DNA of 64,000 nucleotides from Verrucomicrobiia bacterium. GTDB taxonomy: Bacteria > Acidobacteriota > Terriglobia > Terriglobales > Acidobacteriaceae. This document shows, in pieces, positions 1-9,293 of the stretch; the stretch's first letter is position 1; each line of letters opens with the position of its first letter. The notes below the pieces were generated by a model, which did not search any database, was not told the DNA's origin, and worked only from the letters and a program-made list of their open reading frames with translations. The stretch lies in NCBI GenBank assembly GCA_035567035.1, contig DATMPO010000092.1:15168-79167 (forward strand), read 5' to 3'. The position numbers and the translations under genes were made by a program.

Positions 1-1
1 T

Positions 2-457
2 GTGTTTGAAGCCAGCAAAGGGCTGCTGGCCGTGGTCGGCGGAGTCTGGCTGATGATGCTGGTGCATGGGCACAAAGACCTGAGCAAGATGACGGCGCGC
101 GTGTTGTCAGTCCTGCATATTGGTCCCGGACGGCAGGTGTACCAGCAGATACTGCACGGAGCGGAAAAGATGACCGCCGGAACTCTGTCGTTCATCATTA
201 CCATTGTTCTGGTGTATGCGGCCGTACGTTTTGTGGAAGCCGCGGGCCTCTGGTTGGAGAAGGAATGGGCCGAATGGTTTGCCGTGCTGACCGGTTCCTT
301 GTACTTACCCGTGGAGTTATGGGCGCTGATGCACCACGAAAACTGGTTCAAGTGGACGATTTTCCTGCTCAACATTTTCGTGGTGCTGTATATGACGTGG
401 CTGTTGCTGGACTCCCACAAGCGCAAAAGAAAAGCGCTCGCAACCCAAAAGCCTTAA
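2..457 (+). CDS. DUF2127-family membrane protein, 5' end probably cut by window edge
   Basis: ORF open from window start (GTG at 2), stop TAA 455-457. Hydrophobic helices (LLAVVGGVWLMMLV, FIITIVLVYAAV, IFLLNIFVVLYMTWLLL). GLWLEKEWAEWFAVLTGSLYLPVE segment typical of DUF2127. Confidence 0.55.
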   Translation: MFEASKGLLAVVGGVWLMMLVHGHKDLSKMTARVLSVLHIGPGRQVYQQILHGAEKMTAGTLSFIITIVLVYAAVRFVEAAGLWLEKEWAEWFAVLTGSLYLPVELWALMHHENWFKWTIFLLNIFVVLYMTWLLLDSHKRKRKALATQKP

Positions 458-601
458 CCACGGAGGACACAGAGGACACAGAGAAGAACAAAATCAAGAA
501 GCAGTTGTCGATTCCAAGATTTGCCCAGCCAGCTTTGCGCCACTGGAGTTGAAAGACTTTTGTCCGGCTTTTCCTCTGCGTTCCTCCGTGTCCTCGGTGG
601 T
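456..601. repeat. MITE-like element with imperfect ~28-nt terminal inverted repeats
   Basis: Left arm ACCACGGAGGACACAGAGGACACAGAG (from 457). Reverse complement of right arm (573-601) is ACCACCGAGGACACGGAGGAACGCAGAGG. About 90 nt non-coding core. Lies in the spacer between two genes. Confidence 0.5.
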
Positions 602-632
602 ATGGGTTTGACTGCCGACAATCGCCTGACGA

Positions 633-2093
633 TTACTGCTTTAGCGGCGGGATCAGGAATTCGTCGCCTGTCCGTGCCAACAGGATTTCCCTCCTGTGTT
701 CCAGCAGTTCAAGCTTCCTGGAGACTTTGATGACTTCCTGCTTCTGGTCATTGGTCAGCTGGCCCAGATGCTCCAGTTCGTCCAATCTCGCCCGCAGCGG
801 CGGAGTTTCACGGTCGATGAAAACGGGGCCGATTGCAGGCGTTTTGGTATGTCCGCTCCTGAAAGGCAGATAATTGTTCTCACCCCAAACCGGCAGAATT
901 CCCATGTCGGCAAGTTCAACGCGCGTTCCCGCAGGTCCGTAGTCCCTCTTGACCACGGAGAACCTGACCACCAGGGAATCGCGCGGGTCGCCGCTCTTGT
1001 CCGGCATGAGTCCACCAACATAGTTGCGCGCCTGGTTGGAAAGAAAGTTGCCGAGTGAATAGATAATGATTGTGTTTCGCTGGTCTTTGGTCAGATAAGT
1101 TTCAATCGGCTGCAGCACATGCGGATGATGGCCTATGATCGCACCGGCGCCGGCTTCCAGCATGTTATGCGCGAATTCCACGTCCCTGGGTTGCGGAGCC
1201 GGGGCGTATTCAATGCCCCAGTGGATGGAAACCAGCAGCAAGTCGCACTCGGAGCGCGCGCTGCGAATGGCGTCCAGGACTTCCGCTTCGCTGGACCCCG
1301 GGCCGTCAGGTCCGCCGCCGGAATAAGGCACGAAGGCCACATGGGGTTCGCCGGCTCTCTGGGGATTGCGATGCCCGTTGAGCCAGCGGGTCATTCCAAG
1401 CCAGCCGACCTTGATGCCGTTCTTTTCCACGATGACCGGCTTCCAGGCCGCTTCCGCCGTTGGTCCTGATCCGGCGAACAAGAGCCCTTGTTCCCGCAGA
1501 TGGTCCAGGGTTTCGGCAAATCCGCCCTGGTTTTGGTCGAAGACGTGGTTGTTGGCAAAGGAGACGATCTTGATACCGCTGGACTTCAACGATTGCAGCA
1601 ACAGGATGGGAGCATCGAATTGAAAAGCTTTTGTCCCGCGCGAGTGCGCGGGCGCGACAGGAGTTTCCAGGTTGACGAAGCCAAAATCAGCATTGCGGAA
1701 AACGTCGGCTACCGGCGCAAGCAGGGCGTCCCATCCGGCGTGAGTGTTGGGGGACGCTGGCGGAGCGGCCGCATCTTTTATTTCTGGTGCGGTTGTTGCA
1801 GGTGTTTGGGTTTCAGGCGTCTGCAGCGCGGGATTCTTTGCCGCTTCGGCGGCGGCTTGATTTTGCAAAATGGAGGCAGCCTGGACCACGGCTTGATGAG
1901 GAATCACGTCACCCGCAGCGGCAAAAGTGATCCGGCTGACTTCGTGTGGGTAGGAACTCGCGGAAGCCTGGCTCGTGCCGCGTTTCCAGTGGACCAGCGC
2001 AAGCGCGCACAGGACCAGCAGAACGGCCGGCGCCACGCGGAGGAACGTCTGTTTTCTGGCGGAAAGATATTTGAAAAAGTTTTCTTTAGTCAT
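633..2093 (-). CDS. CapA-family (PGA_cap) metallophosphatase-like protein with N-terminal membrane anchor
   Basis: 486-aa ORF starting at ATG. Motifs AAAGDVIPH, FVNLETP, SFANNHVFDQ, VSIHWGIEY, IIGHHPHV match the CapA/poly-gamma-glutamate capsule synthesis family. Confidence 0.75.
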   Translation of the reverse strand: MTKENFFKYLSARKQTFLRVAPAVLLVLCALALVHWKRGTSQASASSYPHEVSRITFAAAGDVIPHQAVVQAASILQNQAAAEAAKNPALQTPETQTPATTAPEIKDAAAPPASPNTHAGWDALLAPVADVFRNADFGFVNLETPVAPAHSRGTKAFQFDAPILLLQSLKSSGIKIVSFANNHVFDQNQGGFAETLDHLREQGLLFAGSGPTAEAAWKPVIVEKNGIKVGWLGMTRWLNGHRNPQRAGEPHVAFVPYSGGGPDGPGSSEAEVLDAIRSARSECDLLLVSIHWGIEYAPAPQPRDVEFAHNMLEAGAGAIIGHHPHVLQPIETYLTKDQRNTIIIYSLGNFLSNQARNYVGGLMPDKSGDPRDSLVVRFSVVKRDYGPAGTRVELADMGILPVWGENNYLPFRSGHTKTPAIGPVFIDRETPPLRARLDELEHLGQLTNDQKQEVIKVSRKLELLEHRREILLARTGDEFLIPPLKQ

Positions 2094-2108
2094 AAATGCC
2101 TGTTGTTT

Positions 2109-3818
2109 TTATTTAGCTGCATAGACAGTCTTTCCGCCGACGACTGTCCGCAATACCCTGGTTCTGAGAATCTCCGATGGAGCTACTTTTGTGATGTCGC
2201 GATCGAGTACGACGAAATCGGCCAGCATCCCCGGTGCCAGCAGGCCTTTTTCTCTTTCAGCAAACTGGGCGAAAGCCGATCCTGTGGTATACGCCGCAAT
2301 TGCCTGGTGAATCGTGATCCTTTGTTCGGGGAAGTATTCCTTTATTCCGGCTTCGTTTTTGCGGGTCAGAGCGGCGTACAGGCCGCGAAAAGGAGTAATC
2401 GGCTCGACAGGATAGTCCGTACCAAAGGCCAGGACAACGCCATGGTCCAGAAATTCCTTCCACGCGTAGGAATGCTTTGCGCGTTCCGCTCCAAGCCGCG
2501 ATTCCGCCCAGTTCATGTCTGTGAGCAGGTGGTTGGGCTGCATGGAGGCGATTACCTTCAGGTCCTGGTATCGCTGAAAGTCTTCCGGCGCAACCACCTG
2601 CGCGTGTTCAATGCGCAGACGAAAAGAGGAGGGGCGCTTCGCGGGGATGGTCTGGAGAGCGTAACGAAATGCGTCGAGCGCCATGTCATTGCCGCGGTCC
2701 CCAATTGCGTGAAATCCGATCTGAAACCCGGCCTGCAGGCGCTCCGCCGTCTTCTTATTGAGAGCGTCTGGCTCGTAGCGTGGCAGACCGGAGTTTTTCG
2801 GATCGTCGCTGTAAGGCGCCAGCAAGGCGGCGGTACGAGAGCCGAGCGAACCATCCATGAAGCCTTTGAGCATGGCGGTATGCAGCATAGGATCGTCGGC
2901 CGGATGATGCGCACGCATTTCTTTCAGCTTTTCAACAGGCGCGTCAAACGGCAGCCACTCGGAAATGCGCAGAGTCAGCTTGCCCTCCTTTTCAAGCTGT
3001 TCATAGGTAAGGAAGTCTTCCCATTGCGAGTTGTCTTGCGCGGAGGTCACGCCCCATCGTGCCGCGTCTTCGAGAGCAAGTTCCGCCGCGCGCCGGCGCT
3101 GCGCCACCGTGGGCGGAGGAATTTTTGCCGACACGCTCTCCCGTGCGGTTTCTCGCAGTATGCCGGTGAGATTGCCGTTTGCGTCGTGGTCGATCTTGCC
3201 GCCATGCGGGTCGGGCGTCTGCGCGGAGATTTCCGCGGCTTTCAGCGCGGCCGTATTGGCAACGGAGATGTGTCCGTCCACGCGAGAGAATATTGCCGGA
3301 TGGTCGCCGGTGACGGCGTCCATGTCCTGCCGCGTGGGCAATGTCTGGTCGGCCCAAAGCGTGCTGTCCCAGCCGCCGCCTTGCAGCCATTCGCCGGAAG
3401 CCGCGCTCCTGGCGTGCGCGGAGATGCGCTGCTTCATCTCTGCAAGGGACTTGGCGCCGACCAGGTCAACATTCAACTTCTCAAGACCGGCGCTTGCGAG
3501 ATGAGTATGTGCGTCATTGAATCCGGGCAGGACGTAGTGTCCGCCAAGGTCAACAACCTCCGTTGTAGGACCCTTGAAACGCGAGGCGCCTTCATTCAAC
3601 CCTGTCCAGAGGATGCGTCCAGCCTGTACGGCAATGGCCTGGGTCCACATGCGATCCCCCGCTGCCCTCTCGGACAAGACGCCGTCGGCACTGAAGTCCG
3701 GGACTCCGGTATAGATGTTTCCGTTGATGAAAATTACGTCGGCTGCTATCTCTGGGTTCTGTGCGGAAGAAGCGTTGGCCATCGCCAACACCATACACAA
3801 GACAAGCGAAAATTTCAT
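2109..3818 (-). CDS. Amidohydrolase-3 family (YtcJ-like) metal-dependent hydrolase, secreted
   Basis: 569 aa with signal peptide MKFSLVLCMVLAMANASSA. Motifs LPGFNDAHTHL, HAIGD, FGTDYPVE. 4-nt overlap with the upstream M20 gene. Confidence 0.8.
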   Translation of the reverse strand: MKFSLVLCMVLAMANASSAQNPEIAADVIFINGNIYTGVPDFSADGVLSERAAGDRMWTQAIAVQAGRILWTGLNEGASRFKGPTTEVVDLGGHYVLPGFNDAHTHLASAGLEKLNVDLVGAKSLAEMKQRISAHARSAASGEWLQGGGWDSTLWADQTLPTRQDMDAVTGDHPAIFSRVDGHISVANTAALKAAEISAQTPDPHGGKIDHDANGNLTGILRETARESVSAKIPPPTVAQRRRAAELALEDAARWGVTSAQDNSQWEDFLTYEQLEKEGKLTLRISEWLPFDAPVEKLKEMRAHHPADDPMLHTAMLKGFMDGSLGSRTAALLAPYSDDPKNSGLPRYEPDALNKKTAERLQAGFQIGFHAIGDRGNDMALDAFRYALQTIPAKRPSSFRLRIEHAQVVAPEDFQRYQDLKVIASMQPNHLLTDMNWAESRLGAERAKHSYAWKEFLDHGVVLAFGTDYPVEPITPFRGLYAALTRKNEAGIKEYFPEQRITIHQAIAAYTTGSAFAQFAEREKGLLAPGMLADFVVLDRDITKVAPSEILRTRVLRTVVGGKTVYAAK

Positions 3819-5080
3819 TCATTCACTCCGGAGAGGGCCAACAGGGCAAGCAGTATCCGTTTCAGTCCCAGGTCGCGCTGAGAGCAGTCAAACCACTCAC
3901 GCAGCGTATGCGCTCCGCCGCCGTCGCCGCCGGCGCCGATGGTCGTGGCTTCTTTGCCCAGGGAGAGCGGAATATTAGCGTCCGTGGAAGCAACACGGGG
4001 CAGGGACTTGATCCCCAGATGGGCGTCGACCGCGCGCACCGTCTGCAGGATACGCGAATCCGGCGCGACCATGGCCGCGGGCCGGTCGCCGATGCATTCG
4101 ATGTTCAACGTGACTCTGCTTTCGCTGGACTTGCCGGAACGGTGGCGCAGCGGCAGGTCGTTCCAAACCGCGGCGGCTGCGCGGCGCAACGCGTCTTCCA
4201 GTTTCCGCAGCTCTTCCATGGAGACCGAGCGCAAATCCACGCGGGCGGTGGCGGATTCCGGGATGGAGTTGACGGAGGTCCCGCCCTGCACCACGCCAAT
4301 GTTGAAGGTGGTGCGCGGCGATTCTGGGACCTCGGCGTCACTGAAGCAGGCCAGCGTGCGGGCCAGCAGCACAATGGGATTGGGAATCCCAAAGTCACTC
4401 CAGGAATGGCCTCCGGGACCACGAAAGGTAATTTCGAAGCGCCGGCTGCCCAGCGCCTGCGTGACGTAGGAATCCGAGCCGGCGCCATCAATCACCAGCA
4501 GGGAACGGATTGCCGTGCTCCACGAAAGGTCAGAGAAGATATGGCGCATGCCGCGCAGATTGCCTTCGCCCTCTTCGCCGACGTTGCCGATGAAGACCAC
4601 GTTGGTCGCGGTCTGGATTCCCGCGTGCTTCAGCGCGGCGGCAATCGCCAGAATGGCCACCACGCCGGCGGCGTTGTCGCTGATTCCGGGACCATAGAGT
4701 TTGTTGCCCTCTTCACGGGATTCCAATCTGGTTCCGGCCGGGAAAACCGTGTCCAGGTGGGCGCTCAGGCCGATCAGAGGAGCGCCGCTTTCGCTCTCGC
4801 TATTCTGGAGCAATCCAAATACGTTGCCCAGTTCATCGGTCTGTACCTGTTTCAGGCCAAGGCCGGTGAAACGCTTCTGCAGCCACTTGCTGCGCTGCGC
4901 TTCGCCGAACGGCGGCGCCGGGACTTCGGCCAATTCGCGCTGCCAGCGGCGCAACTCCATTTCCTGATTGTGCAGGTAGAGCAGGGCGGAATGCACGGGG
5001 CGCATCCCGGCCAAGCGTGCGACTTCGTGCTGCGGGGCAGCCGGTTTTGGGGTCTCAGTAAGTGGACTTCGACCGGGCAT
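3815..5080 (-). CDS. M20/M25/M40 family metallopeptidase (peptidase T / deacylase-like)
   Basis: 421 aa. Motifs SAHLDTVFP, GISDNAAGV, GNVGEEGEGNLRG, GGHSW. Confidence 0.8.
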   Translation of the reverse strand: MPGRSPLTETPKPAAPQHEVARLAGMRPVHSALLYLHNQEMELRRWQRELAEVPAPPFGEAQRSKWLQKRFTGLGLKQVQTDELGNVFGLLQNSESESGAPLIGLSAHLDTVFPAGTRLESREEGNKLYGPGISDNAAGVVAILAIAAALKHAGIQTATNVVFIGNVGEEGEGNLRGMRHIFSDLSWSTAIRSLLVIDGAGSDSYVTQALGSRRFEITFRGPGGHSWSDFGIPNPIVLLARTLACFSDAEVPESPRTTFNIGVVQGGTSVNSIPESATARVDLRSVSMEELRKLEDALRRAAAAVWNDLPLRHRSGKSSESRVTLNIECIGDRPAAMVAPDSRILQTVRAVDAHLGIKSLPRVASTDANIPLSLGKEATTIGAGGDGGGAHTLREWFDCSQRDLGLKRILLALLALSGVNE

Positions 5081-5129
5081 GGCTTATCAAGGAATACTAC
5101 AACGCCGGACGATGAGAGCGAAATTCCGC

Positions 5130-5156
5130 AAAAAAAGCGGCCCCGAGAAGGGCCGC
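5130..5156 (-). terminator. Rho-independent terminator of the small Lys-rich gene
   Basis: Stem GCGGCCC / GGGCCGC (5137-5143 / 5150-5156) followed on the minus strand by a 7-U run (plus-strand A run 5130-5136). Confidence 0.7.
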
Positions 5157-5184
5157 TGCAAAACACAAACGGATTCCTAGAAAG

Positions 5185-5385
5185 TTATTTCGGGGCCGGG
5201 GTGGTGCTGCCTCCGCTACTCTTCTTGCCCTTCTTGCCGCCCTTATGGCCCTTCTTGGTCTTCGTGGCCTTTTTGCCGCTTTCGGTCTTGGGAGCCTTAG
5301 TGTCTGTGCTGCCGCCGGTCGCTTGCGCAAACGACATGCTCACACCAACTACCAGAACGCAGAGGAACGTGAATAGCTTCTTCAT
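5185..5385 (-). CDS. Small secreted Lys/Gly-rich protein (66 aa)
   Basis: ATG at 5385 is preceded by GGAG about 8 nt upstream (revcomp of 5391-5400 is TTCCAAGGAG). Sequence MKKLFTFLCVLVVGVSMSFAQA then GGSTDTKAPKTESGKKATKTKKGHKGGKKGKKSSGGSTTPAPK. Own terminator. The longer track ORF (to 5538) has no RBS. Confidence 0.6.
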   Translation of the reverse strand: MKKLFTFLCVLVVGVSMSFAQATGGSTDTKAPKTESGKKATKTKKGHKGGKKGKKSSGGSTTPAPK

Positions 5386-5440
5386 GTGGTCTCCTTGGAA
5401 AGGTACAGAATACGTTGACGGCGCAGGCCGCCCAAACGCG

Positions 5441-6694
5441 CTACATAGTAGCAGAGATGCCCTGGCAACAGGCAAGAATTTCTTCTTCCGTGAGACAGCG
5501 GTCGGAGGACTTGGCCCGTTGGAAAATACGGTCCACAAGATCGGGCCCGGGGACCATGCCGCGGCGCTCCAGCCAGAAGACTACATTGGACTTTCCGCTC
5601 ATGGGACCGATCTCAATGATCTGTTCCAGGCCGAAATAATGGGAAGGAACGCCGGAATAAACCGTGTTCGCCAGCTCGATGTCGCCTTTCTTGAAGGCCT
5701 TAATCACTGCCGCGGCGTGCACTCCGGTGGCCGTGCGGAACGCATCGTCGCCAAACACCGGATAGTTGCGCGGTATGGGCACGCCGGTCGCCGTGGAGAC
5801 AGTGACGCAGTACTCTTTAAGCCTGGTCAGGTCCTGGTCTCTCCATGGCGGTGCGCCCATGAGCTTGAGGTTGACCAGCATCTGGTCCATCTGGGTATTG
5901 CCTACGCGTTCGCCGATTCCCAGCGCTGTACCGTGGACGCAGTTCGCCCCCGCGGCCAGCGCGGCAAGGGAATTGGCGACGGCTAGTCCGCGATCGGAGT
6001 GTCCATGCCAGTCCAGGCGGATGTTTTGTCCGGAAGGCTTGACTACTTCTTCGATTACAAAATGAATCAGTGCCTGGACGCCGCTGGGCGTTGCGTGTCC
6101 GACCGTGTCACACACCACGATGGCCGTGGCGCCGCAGTTGATCGCGGCGGTGTAGAGCAGCTTGACGGTCTCCGGATCGCAGCGGGACGTATCTTCAGTC
6201 ACGTACATGACTTCCAGCCCGAGCGAGCGGGCGAAGGTCACCGCCTTCTCCGTGGTGCGCAGAAGGAAATCGGTGGTCCAGTCTTCGGTGTAGCGTCGAA
6301 TGGGGCTGGAACCCAGGAACGCGGCGACTTCGATCGCCATTCCCACGCGCTGGGAAATTTCAGCTACCGGCCGAATGTCATTTTCAAGAGTGCGCGCGGC
6401 GCAATTGGGCTTGATTTTGAGCTTGCAGGAGGCTATCTCGCGGGCCAGTCGTTCCACGTCCGCGACCGCTCGCGGGCCGGCGCCAGGCAGGCCGATATCA
6501 ACCATGTTGATACCGAGGGCCTCCATCAGATGAAGGAGCTTGATTTTGTCGTCAATGGATGGGTCCTGGACGGAAGGAGATTGCAGACCATCGCGCAGTG
6601 ATTCGTCGTTCAGGAGCACGGGTTGCGCGACGGCGTATCCCGGTTTTGGCGCCGTGTTCCAGTCGTAGATGAGGTGCGAATGCTTGGAATCCAC
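5441..6694 (-). CDS. HMGL-like 2-isopropylmalate/homocitrate synthase family protein lacking the LeuA C-terminal regulatory domain
   Basis: 417 aa. Motifs LNDESLRDGLQSPS, metal site WHGHSDRGLAVANSLAAL, GIGERVGN. Confidence 0.7.
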   Translation of the reverse strand: MDSKHSHLIYDWNTAPKPGYAVAQPVLLNDESLRDGLQSPSVQDPSIDDKIKLLHLMEALGINMVDIGLPGAGPRAVADVERLAREIASCKLKIKPNCAARTLENDIRPVAEISQRVGMAIEVAAFLGSSPIRRYTEDWTTDFLLRTTEKAVTFARSLGLEVMYVTEDTSRCDPETVKLLYTAAINCGATAIVVCDTVGHATPSGVQALIHFVIEEVVKPSGQNIRLDWHGHSDRGLAVANSLAALAAGANCVHGTALGIGERVGNTQMDQMLVNLKLMGAPPWRDQDLTRLKEYCVTVSTATGVPIPRNYPVFGDDAFRTATGVHAAAVIKAFKKGDIELANTVYSGVPSHYFGLEQIIEIGPMSGKSNVVFWLERRGMVPGPDLVDRIFQRAKSSDRCLTEEEILACCQGISATM

Positions 6695-6733
6695 TCTCGA
6701 TGTGCTCCTGATGCGTGCCAGAAAATCTTACTC

Positions 6734-8311
6734 TTAAAGAGGTTTGCGGCGCAGGTAGGATTGTGCGCTTTTCAGGCCGCCTTTGAGGCGATTCATTAGT
6801 TTTTTCGCGAATAGAAGTTCAACAAACCCTTCCATCTGTCCGGCGAAGACGGGGCCGTAACCGTACCACCAGAGTTTCTTCATTCCCGGCATGCGATCGG
6901 AATCCACGTATTTGGGCCAGACCATTTCTTCCAATCCGAACTTTCCGTGCGTGCGCCCGATACCGCTGGCTTTGACTCCGCCGTGCGGAGCTTCGCTGAT
7001 GCCGAAACAGGAGATCACGTCGTTGACCATTACCGTGCCTGCGTCAATACGCCGCGCCAGGCGTTCACCGCGATCACGGTCCGATGTCCATACGCTGGCG
7101 GCAAGTCCAAATTGGGAGTCATTGGCCACGGCCACGGCCTGGTCTTCGGTCTTGAAGGTCGAAACCGGCAGCACAGGACCAAACGTTTCCTCCTGCATGA
7201 CACGCATGGAGTTGTTCACGTCCGCGAGGATTGTCGGAGCGAAAAAGTTCGGACCGAGTTGCGGCATGGACTTGCCGCCTGCGAGCACGCGCGCGCCGCG
7301 AGCGACCGCATCGTCCACTTGGTCGCGCACGATGGAAAGCTGCCGGTCATGGATCAGAGGGCCAACGTCGGTAGCGGGATCGGAGCCGTTGCCCAGCCGC
7401 AGTCTCGCGGTTTTCGCCACGCAGGAATCCAGGAATTTCCCGTAGATGGCTTCCTGCACGTAACAGCGTTCTACGGACAGGCACGTCTGTCCGGCGTTCA
7501 TGAAAGCGCCCCAGATCGCGGCGCTGGAGGCGACCTCAACATCGGCGTCTTCGAGCACGATCATGGGGTCCTTGCCGCCGAGCTCGAGCACCACAGGCAG
7601 CAGGCGCGCCGCTGCGGCTTGTGCAACCTGCTTGCCGGTAGCAACGCTGCCGGTGAAGATCAGCTTGTTAATGTCAGCTTGCAGCAGCGCTGCACCGGTC
7701 GCGCCTTCGCCCGTGACGATATGCAGCAGGTCCGGATCGAGTCCGGCTTCACGCAAAAGCCTGTGCAATTCCAGTGACGAAAACGGCGTAAACTCCGAAG
7801 GCTTCAGGACAACACCATTTCCGGCTACGAGCGCCCCGAGCGTCTCCACCGATGGAATGCTGAAAGGATAATTCCAGGGACTGATGATGCCGATCACGCC
7901 CCACGGTTCGCGCAGCAATAATCCGCTCTTCAGCTTCATCGCCAGGCTGGCATGCGGGACCCGCTCCGGACGGAGTACAGCGGGCGCGGTGTTCAGGAGG
8001 AACTGCGTTGCGTCCAGTACCACCAGGACTTCCGTGGCCAGCGCTTCTCCTTTTGGCTTGCCCGCTTCACGCGTGATGACTTCGGCGACGGCGTCTTTCT
8101 GCTCTCCCAGAAGGTGCTGGAAACGCTGGATGACCTTCAATCGTTCACGCAGAGGAGTAGCCGACCAGCGCATCTGGGCAGAGCGGGCGCGCCGCACTGC
8201 GGCTGAGATTTCCGGGGCCGCACATGCCGGCACGGAACCGATCGGCTGCTGTGTTGCCGGATTACGGACTACCACTTCGTGGACAGGAATCAGCGTCTGG
8301 ACAGCACTCAT
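6734..8311 (-). CDS. NAD(P)-dependent aldehyde dehydrogenase family protein
   Basis: 525 aa. Motifs FTGSVATG, ELGGKDP, catalytic Cys in NAGQTCLSVER, EETFGPV. Confidence 0.85.
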   Translation of the reverse strand: MSAVQTLIPVHEVVVRNPATQQPIGSVPACAAPEISAAVRRARSAQMRWSATPLRERLKVIQRFQHLLGEQKDAVAEVITREAGKPKGEALATEVLVVLDATQFLLNTAPAVLRPERVPHASLAMKLKSGLLLREPWGVIGIISPWNYPFSIPSVETLGALVAGNGVVLKPSEFTPFSSLELHRLLREAGLDPDLLHIVTGEGATGAALLQADINKLIFTGSVATGKQVAQAAAARLLPVVLELGGKDPMIVLEDADVEVASSAAIWGAFMNAGQTCLSVERCYVQEAIYGKFLDSCVAKTARLRLGNGSDPATDVGPLIHDRQLSIVRDQVDDAVARGARVLAGGKSMPQLGPNFFAPTILADVNNSMRVMQEETFGPVLPVSTFKTEDQAVAVANDSQFGLAASVWTSDRDRGERLARRIDAGTVMVNDVISCFGISEAPHGGVKASGIGRTHGKFGLEEMVWPKYVDSDRMPGMKKLWWYGYGPVFAGQMEGFVELLFAKKLMNRLKGGLKSAQSYLRRKPL

Positions 8312-9105
8312 AGTGATTGTTTCACCCCGTATTCTACGCTCACCAGGACCAATCCGCTGGCTGGAGCAGTGGCCGCAGCGGCGGAGCGATCACGCAATTC
8401 CAGAATGTGCCGGAGGTCGCTGGCGGTGAGATTGCCCTTGCCGATCATAAGAAAAGTCCCAACCAGGTTTCGTACCATGTGGTGCAGAAAGCCGCTGCCC
8501 CGAACGGTGTACACCAGTTCATGGTTCCGCTCCGGGTTACGCTCTTTGTCCCGCCGCTGCCAGCGGGAAGAAAAGATCGTGCGCACGTTGTTAATATCCG
8601 CGTCCTCTTTCCCGCTTTCGGGATCAACCGCGGCAAACGAAGTGAAGTCATGTTTGCCCTCAACGATGTGGGCGGCTTCACGCATTTTCTCCTCATCCAA
8701 CGGAAAAGGGTGGTGATGAACGTAACGCGCGAGGAAAGGTGGACATAATTCGCCACGATAAATGCGGTACTCATAGGTTTTGGCGCTGGCTGATTTCCGC
8801 GCATGGAAAGACGGTGGAACTTCTTCCGCTGCCGTCACGCGAATAGCCGGCGGCAGTAAGTCATTGAGCGCCTTGCGCAAGTTTGCCGTTGGGATTGGCG
8901 ATTCCAGCGCCAGGCTGGCGACCTGGGCCACGGCGTGCACGCCGGCATCGGTGCGGCCAGAGCCCTGGGGAAGGGTCTTTTCCCCGGTCAACTGTTCGAT
9001 AGCGGACACCAGAGCGCCTTGAATCGTGGTACGGTCCGGCTGGACTTGCCAACCGGCGTAATCGTAGCCGTCATACGCGAGCGTAAGTTTGAAATTGCGT
9101 GACAA
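8308..9105 (-). CDS. truA: tRNA pseudouridine(38-40) synthase TruA
   Basis: Motifs FKLTLAYDGYDYAGWQVQ and GSGRTDAGVHA. The ORF is open to 9183, but the in-frame TTG at 9105 (AGGA 8 nt upstream) gives the canonical short N-terminus MSRNFKLTLAYDG. Stop overlaps the ALDH start by 4 nt. Confidence 0.8.
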   Translation of the reverse strand: MSRNFKLTLAYDGYDYAGWQVQPDRTTIQGALVSAIEQLTGEKTLPQGSGRTDAGVHAVAQVASLALESPIPTANLRKALNDLLPPAIRVTAAEEVPPSFHARKSASAKTYEYRIYRGELCPPFLARYVHHHPFPLDEEKMREAAHIVEGKHDFTSFAAVDPESGKEDADINNVRTIFSSRWQRRDKERNPERNHELVYTVRGSGFLHHMVRNLVGTFLMIGKGNLTASDLRHILELRDRSAAAATAPASGLVLVSVEYGVKQSL

Positions 9106-9293
9106 ATCGGCGTCCTGACACTTTTTAACGGCGAAACCCGTCTGAAGCCGATATACTATCGACTTTCCACCTGCGCACACCAATTTGTTTGTCTTTTCGG
9201 AACCACAAATGCGATAGCCTCGTATTATGAGGTGACGAAAAGAGGGTTTTTCAAGTCAGAACAGCAGCACTCACACAGCCTGGGAGATGAAGA

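Noticed and set aside
1488-3881. 797-aa plus-strand ORF, with similar very long ORFs at 3761-5986 (+), 10152-11414 (-), 11399-12649 (-), 24739-26508 (-), 30025-32373 (-), 33978-35348 (+), 38942-40783 (+) and 61777-62913 (-)
   Set aside because: All are antisense or out-of-frame shadows of genes with clear family motifs. They are Arg/Gly/Ala/His-rich with no recognisable domains, which is typical of stop-codon-poor alternative frames in high-GC DNA.
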